The position numbers were made by a program, and so were the translations under genes. From Deltaproteobacteria bacterium (GTDB taxonomy: Bacteria; Bdellovibrionota_C; UBA2361; OMII01): 54,555 nt of DNA. The stretch lies in assembly GCA_947491545.1 (NCBI GenBank), contig CANLJX010000004.1, forward strand, positions 1 through 54,555. The letters run 5' to 3'. Positions 10,116 through 20,173 of the stretch are shown here, piece after piece; positions within the stretch are counted from its first letter, which is position 1, and each line of letters starts with the position of its first letter. Below the pieces are notes generated by a model, which saw only the letters and a list, made by a program, of their open reading frames with translations, was not told the DNA's origin and ran no database searches.

Positions 10116-10332
10116 AGTTACTTTTTTTCTGATTGAGTTTTCCGGCGAGAGTCGGCTCGGGGGATGGTCACACCAAAGCTGGTGGTTTTCAAGGCTAGAA
10201 CTTTGGGGTGAAGGGCGGGGTTGGTGTCGGGGCCGGAGTTGTTGGGTTTTTCGCTGGCCGTGGAATTGAGTGGGTGATAACGAGCACAGAGATAAGGTAA
10301 GCCCTTGTTTTGAGCCCCAAATCACGCCTTCC

Positions 10333-10570
10333 CACGTGAACGGGCACGTGTCCGTTCACGAACCCGATAAAAGTGACCGAGGAATAATTAAACACAAAGA
10401 GAGCGGCGAGAGCAGAGAGGGGAAGGTGGAACGAGCTTAATCCCTCTCGCTGTTCTCGCTGACCTCTTTGTGAACATTCCTCGCATCGACTCTGAGCCAG
10501 CCATCGAGCCATCAGTCTTTCTATCCCTCTAACCTTCACACACGTGAACGTAAACGAGCACGTTCACGTC
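10333..10570. repeat. Composite repeat island: D (10333-10366), A (10394-10471), D (10541-10570)
   Basis: CACGTGAACGGGCACGTGTCCGTTCACG; ACAAAGAGAGCGGCGAG...CTCGCTGACCTCTTTGT; CACGTGAACGTAAACGAGCACGTTCACG. Confidence 0.8.
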
Positions 10571-10720
10571 GGCGTAACACCGACTCTACCCACTCGATTT
10601 CACCAAGAGACGGTTTTTTGGGGGTCGACCGTGGGGGGGATATTTGGCATACCATTCCAAGGAGTTATCCGGTGATGGGCGTGTTTTGCGCGGTCGCCGG
10701 TCTGTAGCCGTAAACCAAGC

Positions 10721-12859
10721 ATGTCATCACCTAACATCTCGCGACTAAGGATCTTTCAGCTGCTGTCTCTGCTCGTGGTGGCGGCTGCCTTCGTGTTTCT
10801 GCGAAACGAGTGCTTAAGTGCCGAGGTCGGTGGGGTTGGGTGCCTTGCTCAGGCTGCTGCACTCTTCGACCCAGTGGTGCAGTTCGGAACCTTTATTCTT
10901 AATCATCACCGAGACTACTACTTGTATGAGCTCGGTCTGGGTGCAGTCGGCGTCGTGCTGGTGGTGCTTACCCTTCTGTTCCGGCGCAGCTTAACTGTTT
11001 GGGCGCTGCTGTACCTCCTAGCTGTCACCATTACAGGCATGGGCGAGATGTTCGCTATCGAGAAGAAGCAGCTGCTTGTTCTCTACAGCGGGCTTGCAGC
11101 GGCAGCTGTGGCGTTCGTCTCGTTCTGGCTTATGTCGAGACGCTCTCCGGCGCTGCTGTCTGAGGGCTGGCTTGAGACGAGGCGCACGACGGCTCCGATT
11201 CGCCTGCTTGAGGTGGTGCTCGTTGTCGCGATCATGGCGGCTGGCATCGTGGCGCGTTTCCACGAGCTAAACCGCAATCCTTCCGGCTACGACGCTGAAG
11301 CGTGCCCGCATCGTTTGGTAGCAGCGTCGTGGCACGAGATCCTAAAGCAGGAGGTGGGCCAGGCTGTACAGCAATCTTCAGGCATGTCGTGGGTCGCCCT
11401 TCACAACCTCTTCACGCGCGTCGACCACTTCAATCTCTTCTACCTCGATGAGCGTTTGCTTGGGGTGGGGATAAGCCTCGTCTGTTGCCTTGCGATCTTC
11501 TTCTTCGTGCGAAACCTGCGCGGCTCCTTTGCGGCTGTGCTTGCGCTTTCGCTGTACGTGTTTGGCCCGCTCGACCTCGATTGGTCTCGACTCCCGGTCT
11601 TGCACCACGTTCCAGTGCTGCTCGGCATCCTGATGGCGTGGGCGGCACTCAATGCGCTCAGCACTCGAAGCTTCGGGAGCTTCCTGCTGCTCGCGCTGCT
11701 GATTCCTGTGTCGAAATTCGTTTACCCATCGGCGAAGCTGATCTGGTTCGGCCCACTCGCTGCTGTGTTGTGGGTTTTGCTCTTTGAGCGCAAGGAGTGG
11801 CGCGGGCATTTGCTTAAGCCCCTGGTGGTGTTCCTTGGACTAGCTGTGTTCGTGGCGGGGCGAACGGCTGTGTGGTGGCTCTTGTACGGGGAACTCCGGA
11901 TCATGCCGCCGTTTGAGAATCCGTACCCAGCCGACCAGGCGATCCCGGCGATTGAGCGGGCACAGCAGATGCTCTACCAAGGGCTGCTCTTCTTCTACGA
12001 GCTCTTCTACTCTCCGGCTGAGGTGACGCACTGGACCAACCACGCGACGGTGCTTCCAGTGCGCTCCATCTCGTCGTTCTGCGTTGTGTTCCTAGTTGCT
12101 GCCTTCGTGCGCCTGCTCTTCCTCTTCCGCCGGCCCGAGTCGATCGTCTTTATGGGGATGATCGCAGGGGGGCTCATCCCGGGAATGGCAACGGGGCTCG
12201 CGGATCGGCGCATAGCGGTCAGCATCGTGCTGTGCCTCGTGCTGGCTGTGCTTGAGTTTTCGTGGCTGATGGACACGGTTGTTGGACGCGCATCGAAGTG
12301 GATGTCAGGGCTCCTGAAGGGGGCAACGCTGATAGCTGTCACCGCGTGCCTCTTTGTGGTGCAGACGCAGTCGTTCTTCTCGCGACCGAGGGGGCGTCCG
12401 GCCCAGGCAGAGACTGGCGACACGGTGCGTGCCCTTCTTAAGCCGAACACGGTGGTGATCTACTTAGCCGAGGAGCGTCGCTGTGAGATGTTCTACAGCA
12501 TCTACGACATGATGAGGGATTCTGGCGGGACGATAGCGTATGCTAACGCCGACGACAGCTTAGTGCGGCTCGACGCACAGCTTCGCAATCCAACACCGAT
12601 AATTGACTCGTGGTTCTACACGCTCTCTGAGCTTGAGCCGCAGCGCGAGAAGATTCGCAGCACTATGAAGTGGGACCATTACATCTTTGTGTTCCAGCCG
12701 ACGCCGGAGCGCGAGGAGTGGATCGCCAAGCTTCGGGCGCTCTACCCGAATGGCAGAGAGCAGACGGTGGACTACCAGAAGGTGTGGGGGCAGAAGCTCT
12801 TCGTGTTTGAGGTGGACAATCCTCCGGCACAACAAGTGGCTGCGCCTGCTGCACCGTGA
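10721..12859 (+). CDS. Polytopic membrane protein, putative GT-C (PMT/ArnT-like) glycosyltransferase
   Basis: R...L...PSGYDAEA loop after TM, many TM helices, C-terminal soluble domain ending in LYPNG. Confidence 0.65.
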   Translation: MSSPNISRLRIFQLLSLLVVAAAFVFLRNECLSAEVGGVGCLAQAAALFDPVVQFGTFILNHHRDYYLYELGLGAVGVVLVVLTLLFRRSLTVWALLYLLAVTITGMGEMFAIEKKQLLVLYSGLAAAAVAFVSFWLMSRRSPALLSEGWLETRRTTAPIRLLEVVLVVAIMAAGIVARFHELNRNPSGYDAEACPHRLVAASWHEILKQEVGQAVQQSSGMSWVALHNLFTRVDHFNLFYLDERLLGVGISLVCCLAIFFFVRNLRGSFAAVLALSLYVFGPLDLDWSRLPVLHHVPVLLGILMAWAALNALSTRSFGSFLLLALLIPVSKFVYPSAKLIWFGPLAAVLWVLLFERKEWRGHLLKPLVVFLGLAVFVAGRTAVWWLLYGELRIMPPFENPYPADQAIPAIERAQQMLYQGLLFFYELFYSPAEVTHWTNHATVLPVRSISSFCVVFLVAAFVRLLFLFRRPESIVFMGMIAGGLIPGMATGLADRRIAVSIVLCLVLAVLEFSWLMDTVVGRASKWMSGLLKGATLIAVTACLFVVQTQSFFSRPRGRPAQAETGDTVRALLKPNTVVIYLAEERRCEMFYSIYDMMRDSGGTIAYANADDSLVRLDAQLRNPTPIIDSWFYTLSELEPQREKIRSTMKWDHYIFVFQPTPEREEWIAKLRALYPNGREQTVDYQKVWGQKLFVFEVDNPPAQQVAAPAAP

Positions 12860-12871
12860 GCGAAGTTCGCG

Positions 12872-15800
12872 CTACCGTCGAACGAGCGCGAGCAAGGCGA
12901 CTGGCTCGCCCATGTTGTCAGTGATCGTCTCAACCGGGGTCCCAGGGTACGTCTGAAGGATAATCGGCAGGTCGATGTCCTTACGTTTTATCTGCACGAT
13001 GAATCCTTTGCTCGTGCCTGGCGGGACCTGCAGCTCGTCTTGGAGGTCGTACACCTCTTTTATCCGGAAGCCGTGCACGTACGGGAGCATGACACCGAAC
13101 TGGGACATGTCTTTAAGGATCCAGAGACGTTCGCCTCGCGCCAGGAGCACGTATGTTGGCTCGGGTCCGATCGCGTGGATCTTGCGGGCAATTGCCACCA
13201 TCGGGTGCGAGAGGTAGCGGGTATTGCCGGCGTGAGTCTCGTGCGCCACGTACTTCTGGAAGTTCGGGAAAGTCGAGAGCGCTATCATCGCCACACCAGA
13301 GATCGGGAGCAGAGAGCGGAAGAGCCACCGACGTCCGGCGCTAAAGTTGTGCAGCCCCTCTATCGCCCGTGCAAGCAGCATGCAGGCTACTGGCGCGGTG
13401 GGGAGGAGGCGGGTGTACCAAGGCGGGCCCACAGCGAACGCTCCGCAGACCAAGAAGGTAATCAGGAGGAACGTGCCCAGCAGAACGTTGAAGGAGAGCC
13501 CCTCAATCAGCAGCACCACACAGCCGCACGCAAAGAGCACGGCCTCAATCGCATTGAAGCCGGGCCCAATAGTGCCCTGCGAGCTGCGGTCTCCTTCATT
13601 AAAGAGCCAGGCGAAGCTGCGGTAGAGGAGCTGCAAAGTGGGATGTTCTGCTGCTGCCCGAAGCCAGCCTCCTTCCCACGTGACGCCGCTAATCGACGCG
13701 CCGGCGCGCGGCATGAAACGCTGTGGGTACTCCTGCCACATGATAATGAGCGGGGCGATCATGAGCAGAAACGTAACGAGACCGGTGAAGAGCTGTCGGC
13801 TCTGGCGCAGCTGGGTCAGGGGATACCGGAGAAGGATCAGGGCGTACACGGCGCCAACGGCAGTGAAACCGACGCGCGCGACTGGCCACTGGTAGAACGA
13901 GAAGCCGGAAGCCAGCCCTGCCAACGTCCACAGCGAGACGCGCTTGTGCTTGAGCGCAAGCGCAAAGAGCGCCAAGGTCCACAGGGCGATGGTCGCTGAC
14001 GAGCCGTTTGACTGAAGCCGGCCGAAGTGGATGAAGGGGATATTGCCGGCTAGGGCGAGGGCAGCCCAGAATCCAACGCGTGAATTCCGATAGGTCTTTC
14101 CGAGCAAATACGCAGCGAAGAGACCGGAGATGTTAAAGATAGAGTTGCCGACGCGGTAGCCGAGCGGGGTGAACCCGCCAACCAGAAGCCCGATAATCTC
14201 GGGCAGCGTCCCGAAAGCGGGACCGGGCACATACCCCCAATCCCAACCTCCGTCGACTCGGCCGCGCAGGAGCTGGGCTGCGAAGAAAGAGTTTAGGGTG
14301 AAGTCAAAGTGGCAGTTGTAAGGCACCTCGAGCAGCTTGTAGAAGAAGGTAACGCCGCCAACCGCAAGCGGGAACCCGAACAGCAGCCACTCGCGCTTTA
14401 CGAACCGGAGCAGCTCTGCCCGGCACTGTATCGCCTCGACCGCGACGATTGCGAAGACGAGCACTAAGCCAGCGCAGAAGGCTGACTCCCGCACGCCAAA
14501 GTACGAGCGGTCTATCCCCATCTGGTACACGTACACGGCTAGGGCTGCGATAGAGAGGGTCGGCAGCATAAAGAGCCACGAGCAGGTTGGAATCGGCCCG
14601 CGCATCATCTGCGTAAAATTCTCTGGCTCGTCTTGGTTTGGCGATAGCCTGCGCCAGGCTTCAACCGAGAGCGCAACGAGGATGGCGCCTGCCATGTACC
14701 ATGGGAGCCACACGGAGCGAGGCTCGCCGGAGAGCAAGATCTGTTGCCCTCTCCACGCCATCCAAAGGCCGCCAGCACTGGTGAGAAGAGCGATTGGCAG
14801 CACAAGCGCTCGAAGTCGCGGCGTTCCACGCGCGACAGGCGCTGCTGCAGCGGGAGCGCTGGGGCCCGATGCGCCGAAGAGAAGGGCAACGATCGACCAG
14901 AGGAGAGCTGCGGCGCTGGCTGCGCCGATCCATACGCCGAAGGTTGCCCAGTCAAATGGGCGCTCCTGCTGCCCAAGGATCTGGTCTTGAATCTCTGGCC
15001 ACGACGACGTCGCGGGGTGCTCGTAGGAGAGGGCGATCAGCTTCCTTCCTGGCATAAAAGCTAGAGAGGTTGGCTGGACGTAGAACTGGAATGAGGCCAG
15101 CGTTTTATCGTCTGCGGAGAGTTCGGTAACTGTGCCCTCCATCGAAACTGCCACGATGCCGCCATCGGGTTTCGCGCTGGCGAGCTGTGTCGCTGGAGCG
15201 TGGAAAACTCGCACGGGCTTAAGGACCTCGCCGGCTAGCGTGCCTTCGACTACAGCGGCTTGTCCGAGGCGCCAGATGTAGACGGAATTCCCCGAGGCGC
15301 TCAGGGCATTCGGGATAAAGGGCTCTTCGCCTTTAGGCTGCTCGATCTGTACCGTCTTCCATGAGCCGTCTGCGGGGTTAAAGACGTTAAGGCTGCTGTT
15401 GGCATCGCTCGCGTCGGGGCGGTTGATGATGTAGCGGCCGTCGGACAACGCGGCAGCAGTCGAGAAGATCTTTTCTTCGCCAGGGTAGGGAAATCGAGTC
15501 GTCGTTGCGTCTTGGTTGAGGCGCAGAAATCCCGCGATGCCGTCGGCGAGAAGCAGAGATCCTGACGGCTCTCGAAAAACTGCAAGGAGGTAGGGGAACG
15601 ATTCCGGCAGCTTCCACGACTGTACTGCTGCGAGCCCGCTTTCTGAGTCCGCGAAGAGCAGGATCTCGTTCGTAGCGCGGTCCGCTACAAAGAATGAGCC
15701 ATCGGCGTTGAGTGTTATCGCTTGGGGCTTGGAGAGCCCCTTTAAGCGCAGCACCGAAGCACCTGAGGGGTCGAGCAGGTCGACTCTGCCGCGGGTGTTA

Positions 15801-15976
15801 GCCGACAAGGGTTTTACGAGGATCTCAGCAGTCTCGGCAGATGCGGCAGAGGCAGCGAGCCAGCAGAGCGAGGCAACTAGGCACGCGACCACAAAGCGCC
15901 GCGTACGGTACGTGACTCTTGCTGGAGCGATTCCTGATGCGTAGCTAGCCATACTTGCTGCCGACTTGAGGAGCAA
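12872..15976 (-). CDS. Large membrane protein: N-terminal NHL/beta-propeller-like domain fused to a GT-C (PMT-like) domain
   Basis: Signal peptide; KPQAITLNADGSFFVADR NHL-like repeat; YKLLEVPYNCHFD, LGYR, PFIHFGR, SFYQWPVAR TM core; start could be ATG 15952. Confidence 0.7.
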   Translation of the reverse strand: MLLKSAASMASYASGIAPARVTYRTRRFVVACLVASLCWLAASAASAETAEILVKPLSANTRGRVDLLDPSGASVLRLKGLSKPQAITLNADGSFFVADRATNEILLFADSESGLAAVQSWKLPESFPYLLAVFREPSGSLLLADGIAGFLRLNQDATTTRFPYPGEEKIFSTAAALSDGRYIINRPDASDANSSLNVFNPADGSWKTVQIEQPKGEEPFIPNALSASGNSVYIWRLGQAAVVEGTLAGEVLKPVRVFHAPATQLASAKPDGGIVAVSMEGTVTELSADDKTLASFQFYVQPTSLAFMPGRKLIALSYEHPATSSWPEIQDQILGQQERPFDWATFGVWIGAASAAALLWSIVALLFGASGPSAPAAAAPVARGTPRLRALVLPIALLTSAGGLWMAWRGQQILLSGEPRSVWLPWYMAGAILVALSVEAWRRLSPNQDEPENFTQMMRGPIPTCSWLFMLPTLSIAALAVYVYQMGIDRSYFGVRESAFCAGLVLVFAIVAVEAIQCRAELLRFVKREWLLFGFPLAVGGVTFFYKLLEVPYNCHFDFTLNSFFAAQLLRGRVDGGWDWGYVPGPAFGTLPEIIGLLVGGFTPLGYRVGNSIFNISGLFAAYLLGKTYRNSRVGFWAALALAGNIPFIHFGRLQSNGSSATIALWTLALFALALKHKRVSLWTLAGLASGFSFYQWPVARVGFTAVGAVYALILLRYPLTQLRQSRQLFTGLVTFLLMIAPLIIMWQEYPQRFMPRAGASISGVTWEGGWLRAAAEHPTLQLLYRSFAWLFNEGDRSSQGTIGPGFNAIEAVLFACGCVVLLIEGLSFNVLLGTFLLITFLVCGAFAVGPPWYTRLLPTAPVACMLLARAIEGLHNFSAGRRWLFRSLLPISGVAMIALSTFPNFQKYVAHETHAGNTRYLSHPMVAIARKIHAIGPEPTYVLLARGERLWILKDMSQFGVMLPYVHGFRIKEVYDLQDELQVPPGTSKGFIVQIKRKDIDLPIILQTYPGTPVETITDNMGEPVALLALVRR

Positions 15977-16720
15977 CTACCAGTGCATCCCGCGTTGCCC
16001 GAGGAAATTCTTGGCAGTATCGAGCTTCGGAGAGCTGCACTCGTAGAAGCGGTAGAAGCCCAGTCCCTTGCAGAGCCCGAACACCTTGCACTTCGCTTTT
16101 TCAAAGAAGACGTTTAGGACACCCTCGATGTCAGCGGCCGTATTGACGTGCTCGTAGCGCATCAGGACTTCGTACTGCAGGCCGTAGCGCTTCTTGAACT
16201 CTCGCCCTGTTACCTTTGTTCCGAGCTTCCACAGGGGCGTGCCCTCATTCGGTATTCCGACGCGCAGCGTGCCGCTTGGTTTGAGCAGCAGCGCGCACTG
16301 CGCCACAACCATCGGTAGGTCCATGATGTGCTCGAAGACGGCAACGTTGGTGATGCGATCGTACGGACCACAGTTCTTTGCTTCGCTAATATCGTCGAAA
16401 GCGTTGCGAATTCGCTCGCGCCCCGGTGCGGTTTCCCAAAGAGCGCGGAACGGCTCGACGATGTCGTATGGACCGCACACCGGTTCATACGGAAGCTGGT
16501 TGAGTGTGCCTGCTCCGACCTCAAGAGTTGATACCTCTACCCTGGGCTTAAGATCAGCAGCGACCTGCCGGTGCATCCACGACTCAAGCCGAGAGGAGAG
16601 CGAGGTTGTTTTGTACTGGCCGTTACGGTTCGCGAAGTAGTGCTTCTCGTAGATCGCTTTGTACTCGTCTGGCAGGTCGAGCCGAGTCTTCGGGAATGCT
16701 GACAGGATGTTCTCTTTCAT
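15977..16720 (-). CDS. Class I SAM-dependent methyltransferase
   Basis: TLEVGAGT motif I, YDRI...VFEHI.DLP, LLKPSG. Confidence 0.85.
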   Translation of the reverse strand: MKENILSAFPKTRLDLPDEYKAIYEKHYFANRNGQYKTTSLSSRLESWMHRQVAADLKPRVEVSTLEVGAGTLNQLPYEPVCGPYDIVEPFRALWETAPGRERIRNAFDDISEAKNCGPYDRITNVAVFEHIMDLPMVVAQCALLLKPSGTLRVGIPNEGTPLWKLGTKVTGREFKKRYGLQYEVLMRYEHVNTAADIEGVLNVFFEKAKCKVFGLCKGLGFYRFYECSSPKLDTAKNFLGQRGMHW

Positions 16721-17047
16721 AACGTGTGCGCCTCTATGCGTGAATCGGAGCCTACAACAGGCATGCAGTGCATGCAGCGTTTCGGCCCGAAAGCGGAGTC
16801 TTTCCGCGCTTATGTAAGATGAGTCGAGGTGTTAGCCAGGATGCGCCTTTGGCGGTTATCTGGGCGTAAAAGCGGGGGGAAAGCCGGTATGACGGCGAGG
16901 TTTTAGTGCTTCGGGGACAGGGTGGGTATTTCGGGGGATTTTGGGATGGTGTTTTCGATGGTTTCTTCGGGGATAGGGGTGAACGCTGTTTTGGGTTGGG
17001 CTTTGTGCGGGACTAGAAACGGAAACGGTTTGGTGCACCAGTGTGGG

Positions 17048-17090
17048 GTTCGGAGCGGGAGCCGGAGCCGGGACCGGAGCCGTTCCCGGG
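17048..17090 (-). repeat. Repeat module B, degenerate
   Basis: GTTCGGAGCGGGAGCCGGAGCCGGGACCGGAGCCGTTCCCGGG hexamer tract just past a stop codon. Confidence 0.65.
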
Positions 17091-17122
17091 GAGTATGGGG
17101 AGGAGAATTAAGGGCGCGAGGG

Positions 17123-18835
17123 TTAGGTCGGGCGCAGGATTACGAAGAGGACGTCGAGTTTGAAGTCTAGGTTGAGTGTGAGGGGTTCTGTTCGGACTTC
17201 CTTGGTGAAGCCGGGGAACTCTTGTGTTGCGATAGGGTCTCCGACTGAGGCGACGATGATCCCTGGCTGGCGAGGTTGAGCAGCTGTTGGCATGGCATCC
17301 TTCGCCTGCAGTCGCTGCCAGTTCGGCAGGAAGTACTGTGCGCACGGCAGGAAGCTTTCAACTCGCGGGTTGTTGAGGCGATCCATCAGCCATCCGGTCG
17401 CGTAGGGGGTTAAGCCGGACTGTTGAACGAGGCTGATCACCTTCTCTGCCACTACCTCACGGCCCATGGCCGGCCGACCGGGGGTGAAGAGCGGCTGCGT
17501 TTTGTAGGTCTCGCGAACCGAGTAGCCAACTCCGACTGCGAGCAGAATTAGCACGGTGCGTGCTACGATTGCGCGTGGCTTTGTGCGGCTTGTAAGCCAG
17601 AGGACCAAGCGCCCCATCATGAGGACGAGCGCCGGGATGATGATGAGAGCGCGGTACAGGGCTAACGGCAGCTCCGGCGATATCTTTCCGCGCATGTTGA
17701 TCGACGCCCAGATGACTGGAAGGCACCACGCGACGAGCAGAACTGGGAGCGGACCGGCACGCAGCGTTAGGGCGAACACCATCGCGATAATCGTTGGGAT
17801 AACGAACTCCTTCGGCGTAAAGATCGTTTTCGATATTGAGAATGTCATGTCCAGCGCTTGCTGAAAGTTGAAGATCATCTCGGAGAAGGTAATGAGGCGC
17901 GGCTTGATGGTGTTGGTCGTAACGAACTTGAGCGCAAGGATGATCACCACGCAGTTGATGAGCACCGCTACGAGAAGGGTGCAGAGAGATCGTTCGCCGC
18001 GCGCCCAGGCCCGGACAGCCCACAGCGCCAGGAGCATGACCAGCAGCGCCACCAGCGCCATGCCGGAAGTGAAGGAGGCTGCTAGCAGCGCCACGGCCCA
18101 CGCGGCGACGACTCCGCCGACGCTGGTTGGGCGGGCTGCAAAGAGCATCACGGCTCCGATCGCCCAAAGCCCGAAGCTCAATGAAGAGACCGCCATCTCA
18201 AACGAGCGGCTAATTGTGCAGAAGGTTGGGTAGGCGAACATTGCGGTCGCCATCAGGCCAGATACTGCCGAAGAGAAGCGGTGCTTAGAGTGGTACCGTC
18301 GGCTGCCTGCGAAGAAGAAGAGCGCGCCAAAGAGGATGGGGAAGGAGAAGCCGATACGGTATGCGACGGGAGTCGGGCCGAGGAAGAAGGTAGGAATTAG
18401 GTTAATCAGGAGCGAGCGCCCCGGATACGAAACCCAGAACACCCCGGTGTACCCGAGGTCGGGCTTCTGGAGCTCCTCAAGGGCGTACTGAAGCTCGGAG
18501 AGGGACTCTGTGTTGAGCATGCCGTACGAGCCAAGCTGGAAGAAGCAAAGCGGTACCGCTGCGGCGAGAGGCAGGAGCCCCCAAAACCCCCCGCGCCGCG
18601 CGTCTTCGGCCACGGCAATCAGGTACTCGCGGCAGAGGTACACGAAACAAAAGATGCTAAGAGCGATCCAGAGGTAACAGGCGACGATTGCAGCAATCCC
18701 GCCAACGGTGAACGCCAGCACCTCAAGCAGCGCTACAGCGATCAGCAGAAGGACTGATTCTTTTAGTCGCGCGAGGCCAGGGGCGCCCTCTCCTTGCTCG
18801 AAAGGCAGAAGGGGGCGAGCCAAAAGTTTTTTCAT
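17123..18835 (-). CDS. Polytopic membrane protein, putative divergent GT-C glycosyltransferase
   Basis: LNTE loop, YP...L..P..FLG.TPVAYR, ISRSFE, many TM helices, soluble C-terminal domain. Confidence 0.55.
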   Translation of the reverse strand: MKKLLARPLLPFEQGEGAPGLARLKESVLLLIAVALLEVLAFTVGGIAAIVACYLWIALSIFCFVYLCREYLIAVAEDARRGGFWGLLPLAAAVPLCFFQLGSYGMLNTESLSELQYALEELQKPDLGYTGVFWVSYPGRSLLINLIPTFFLGPTPVAYRIGFSFPILFGALFFFAGSRRYHSKHRFSSAVSGLMATAMFAYPTFCTISRSFEMAVSSLSFGLWAIGAVMLFAARPTSVGGVVAAWAVALLAASFTSGMALVALLVMLLALWAVRAWARGERSLCTLLVAVLINCVVIILALKFVTTNTIKPRLITFSEMIFNFQQALDMTFSISKTIFTPKEFVIPTIIAMVFALTLRAGPLPVLLVAWCLPVIWASINMRGKISPELPLALYRALIIIPALVLMMGRLVLWLTSRTKPRAIVARTVLILLAVGVGYSVRETYKTQPLFTPGRPAMGREVVAEKVISLVQQSGLTPYATGWLMDRLNNPRVESFLPCAQYFLPNWQRLQAKDAMPTAAQPRQPGIIVASVGDPIATQEFPGFTKEVRTEPLTLNLDFKLDVLFVILRPT

Positions 18836-18880
18836 GAGAAGCGCTCCACTCTAGGGCTTTGCGCGCCCGCGCTAAGCCGT

Positions 18881-20173
18881 CTACAGGTTCGGGAAGTCGG
18901 TGTAGTCTTGGAAGTACGCGCTCATCGAGTCATACGAGATGATTGCCACTCCGAGCCACAAAATAATGTACGGAAGCCACTTGAACTTCTCTGGAAGGTA
19001 GCGCGACACGAAGTCGAGCGGGACGCATGCGCCAAGAATTGCGATAAAGAGGTCAGCGGGAATGCCGAGCAGCATACGGTTGCGCGTAATCCCGGTGGTG
19101 ACGAGCAGCGGCAGCCAGGCCATGATCGACCACAACGGCAGCATGAGGTAACGCTGCTTCGAGCGCGCGTTGAAGAGGCAGCTCAAGACCCCAAGCGCCA
19201 TGCACACAAGGATCACGTGGTGCATCGGATGCAGGAAGCCCTTGCGCTCCCGCACGAAGTAGCGGTGGTTATAGAAGCGTGTTCCGCGTGAGTAGAACTC
19301 GGAAAGCTCGCCCAGTCGCTGAGGAATCATCTCGCCCATCACGCCGCTAAGCCGGTGCTGGGGCTGTATCGACTCTGCCTCAAACCCTTCGCCAACGGTC
19401 TTGTCGGTGATCAGGAACTGCTCGCCACGTGCCGAGATAAACACGAGCGCCTCTTCGATTTTGCCGCCTTTGGTGAGCGCCAGCCCGAGCCCAATCAGCA
19501 GCGCGGCGGTGGCCGCAGCCGGCAGCAGGTTGGGCTTCCTGAACTCTTTCCGGAAAAGGAAGCGGTATGCGATCGGAATCAGCCCGACGACACACAGGTA
19601 GCGCACGGTGGAGTAGAAAAACGGCACCATGAACAAGCAGATTGCCAGCGGGATCCACGAACGGCGGCGACCTTCAAACGCTACCGAAAAGCCGAACAGT
19701 ACAATCGCCAGCTCGAGCGCGAGCGTGGGCCCGATGTATCCGCCGGTTCGGCCAAACGTCATCGTGTACTGGCTCGCACCGAGCAGGACGCCAGAGACAA
19801 ATGCCAGGTCTGGACGGAAGAACCTCCGGACGATCTCGGCCATGAGCACTGGAGCGAGGGCTGTCAGCAGCACGCACGGGAAGCGGTAGCCGAAGAAGCT
19901 CGTGCCGAAGATTGCGTGGCTCGCCTTGATCAGAAGGAACCAGAACGGCGCATTGACCGACTGGTTGCTGTCGTTTGGCCGCATGCTTAGGGTTTCGTGG
20001 ATGATGAAGCTCCACTCGCGCTCGAAGTTCGGGAGGTAGAAGTTTACCCACTCCTCGAACAGCTCAAGCTTGGCTGGGAGGGAGTTGAGCGAGATGCAGT
20101 AGACGCAGAAGAAGAGCAGGTAGAGAGCGATGTTCTCGATTGCGCGACGGTGCCTGGTGAAGAAGTTGGGCAT
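18881..20173 (-). CDS. GT-C (GT39/PMT-like) glycosyltransferase
   Basis: FEE loop, NAPFWFLLIK...IFGTSFFGYRFP, FGRTG, FFYSTVRY; start ATG 20173 preferred over TTG 20197. Confidence 0.7.
   Translation of the reverse strand: MPNFFTRHRRAIENIALYLLFFCVYCISLNSLPAKLELFEEWVNFYLPNFEREWSFIIHETLSMRPNDSNQSVNAPFWFLLIKASHAIFGTSFFGYRFPCVLLTALAPVLMAEIVRRFFRPDLAFVSGVLLGASQYTMTFGRTGGYIGPTLALELAIVLFGFSVAFEGRRRSWIPLAICLFMVPFFYSTVRYLCVVGLIPIAYRFLFRKEFRKPNLLPAAATAALLIGLGLALTKGGKIEEALVFISARGEQFLITDKTVGEGFEAESIQPQHRLSGVMGEMIPQRLGELSEFYSRGTRFYNHRYFVRERKGFLHPMHHVILVCMALGVLSCLFNARSKQRYLMLPLWSIMAWLPLLVTTGITRNRMLLGIPADLFIAILGACVPLDFVSRYLPEKFKWLPYIILWLGVAIISYDSMSAYFQDYTDFPNL

Noticed and set aside
9354-10325. Long N-terminal extensions in the ORF track (also hemL, cdo, pdhB, groES-like, C45)
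   Set aside because: Downstream ATGs give proper signal peptides or family N-termini and avoid overlaps with repeats or neighbours
10633-10639. G7 tract upstream of a GT-C gene as a phase-variation switch
   Set aside because: Too short to stand out in GC-rich DNA, and promoter position is not established
13040-13999. 319-aa plus-strand ORF (also 37334-38140, 41830-42408, 42581-43462, 8578-9285)
   Set aside because: Antisense shadows of well-supported genes, expected at high GC
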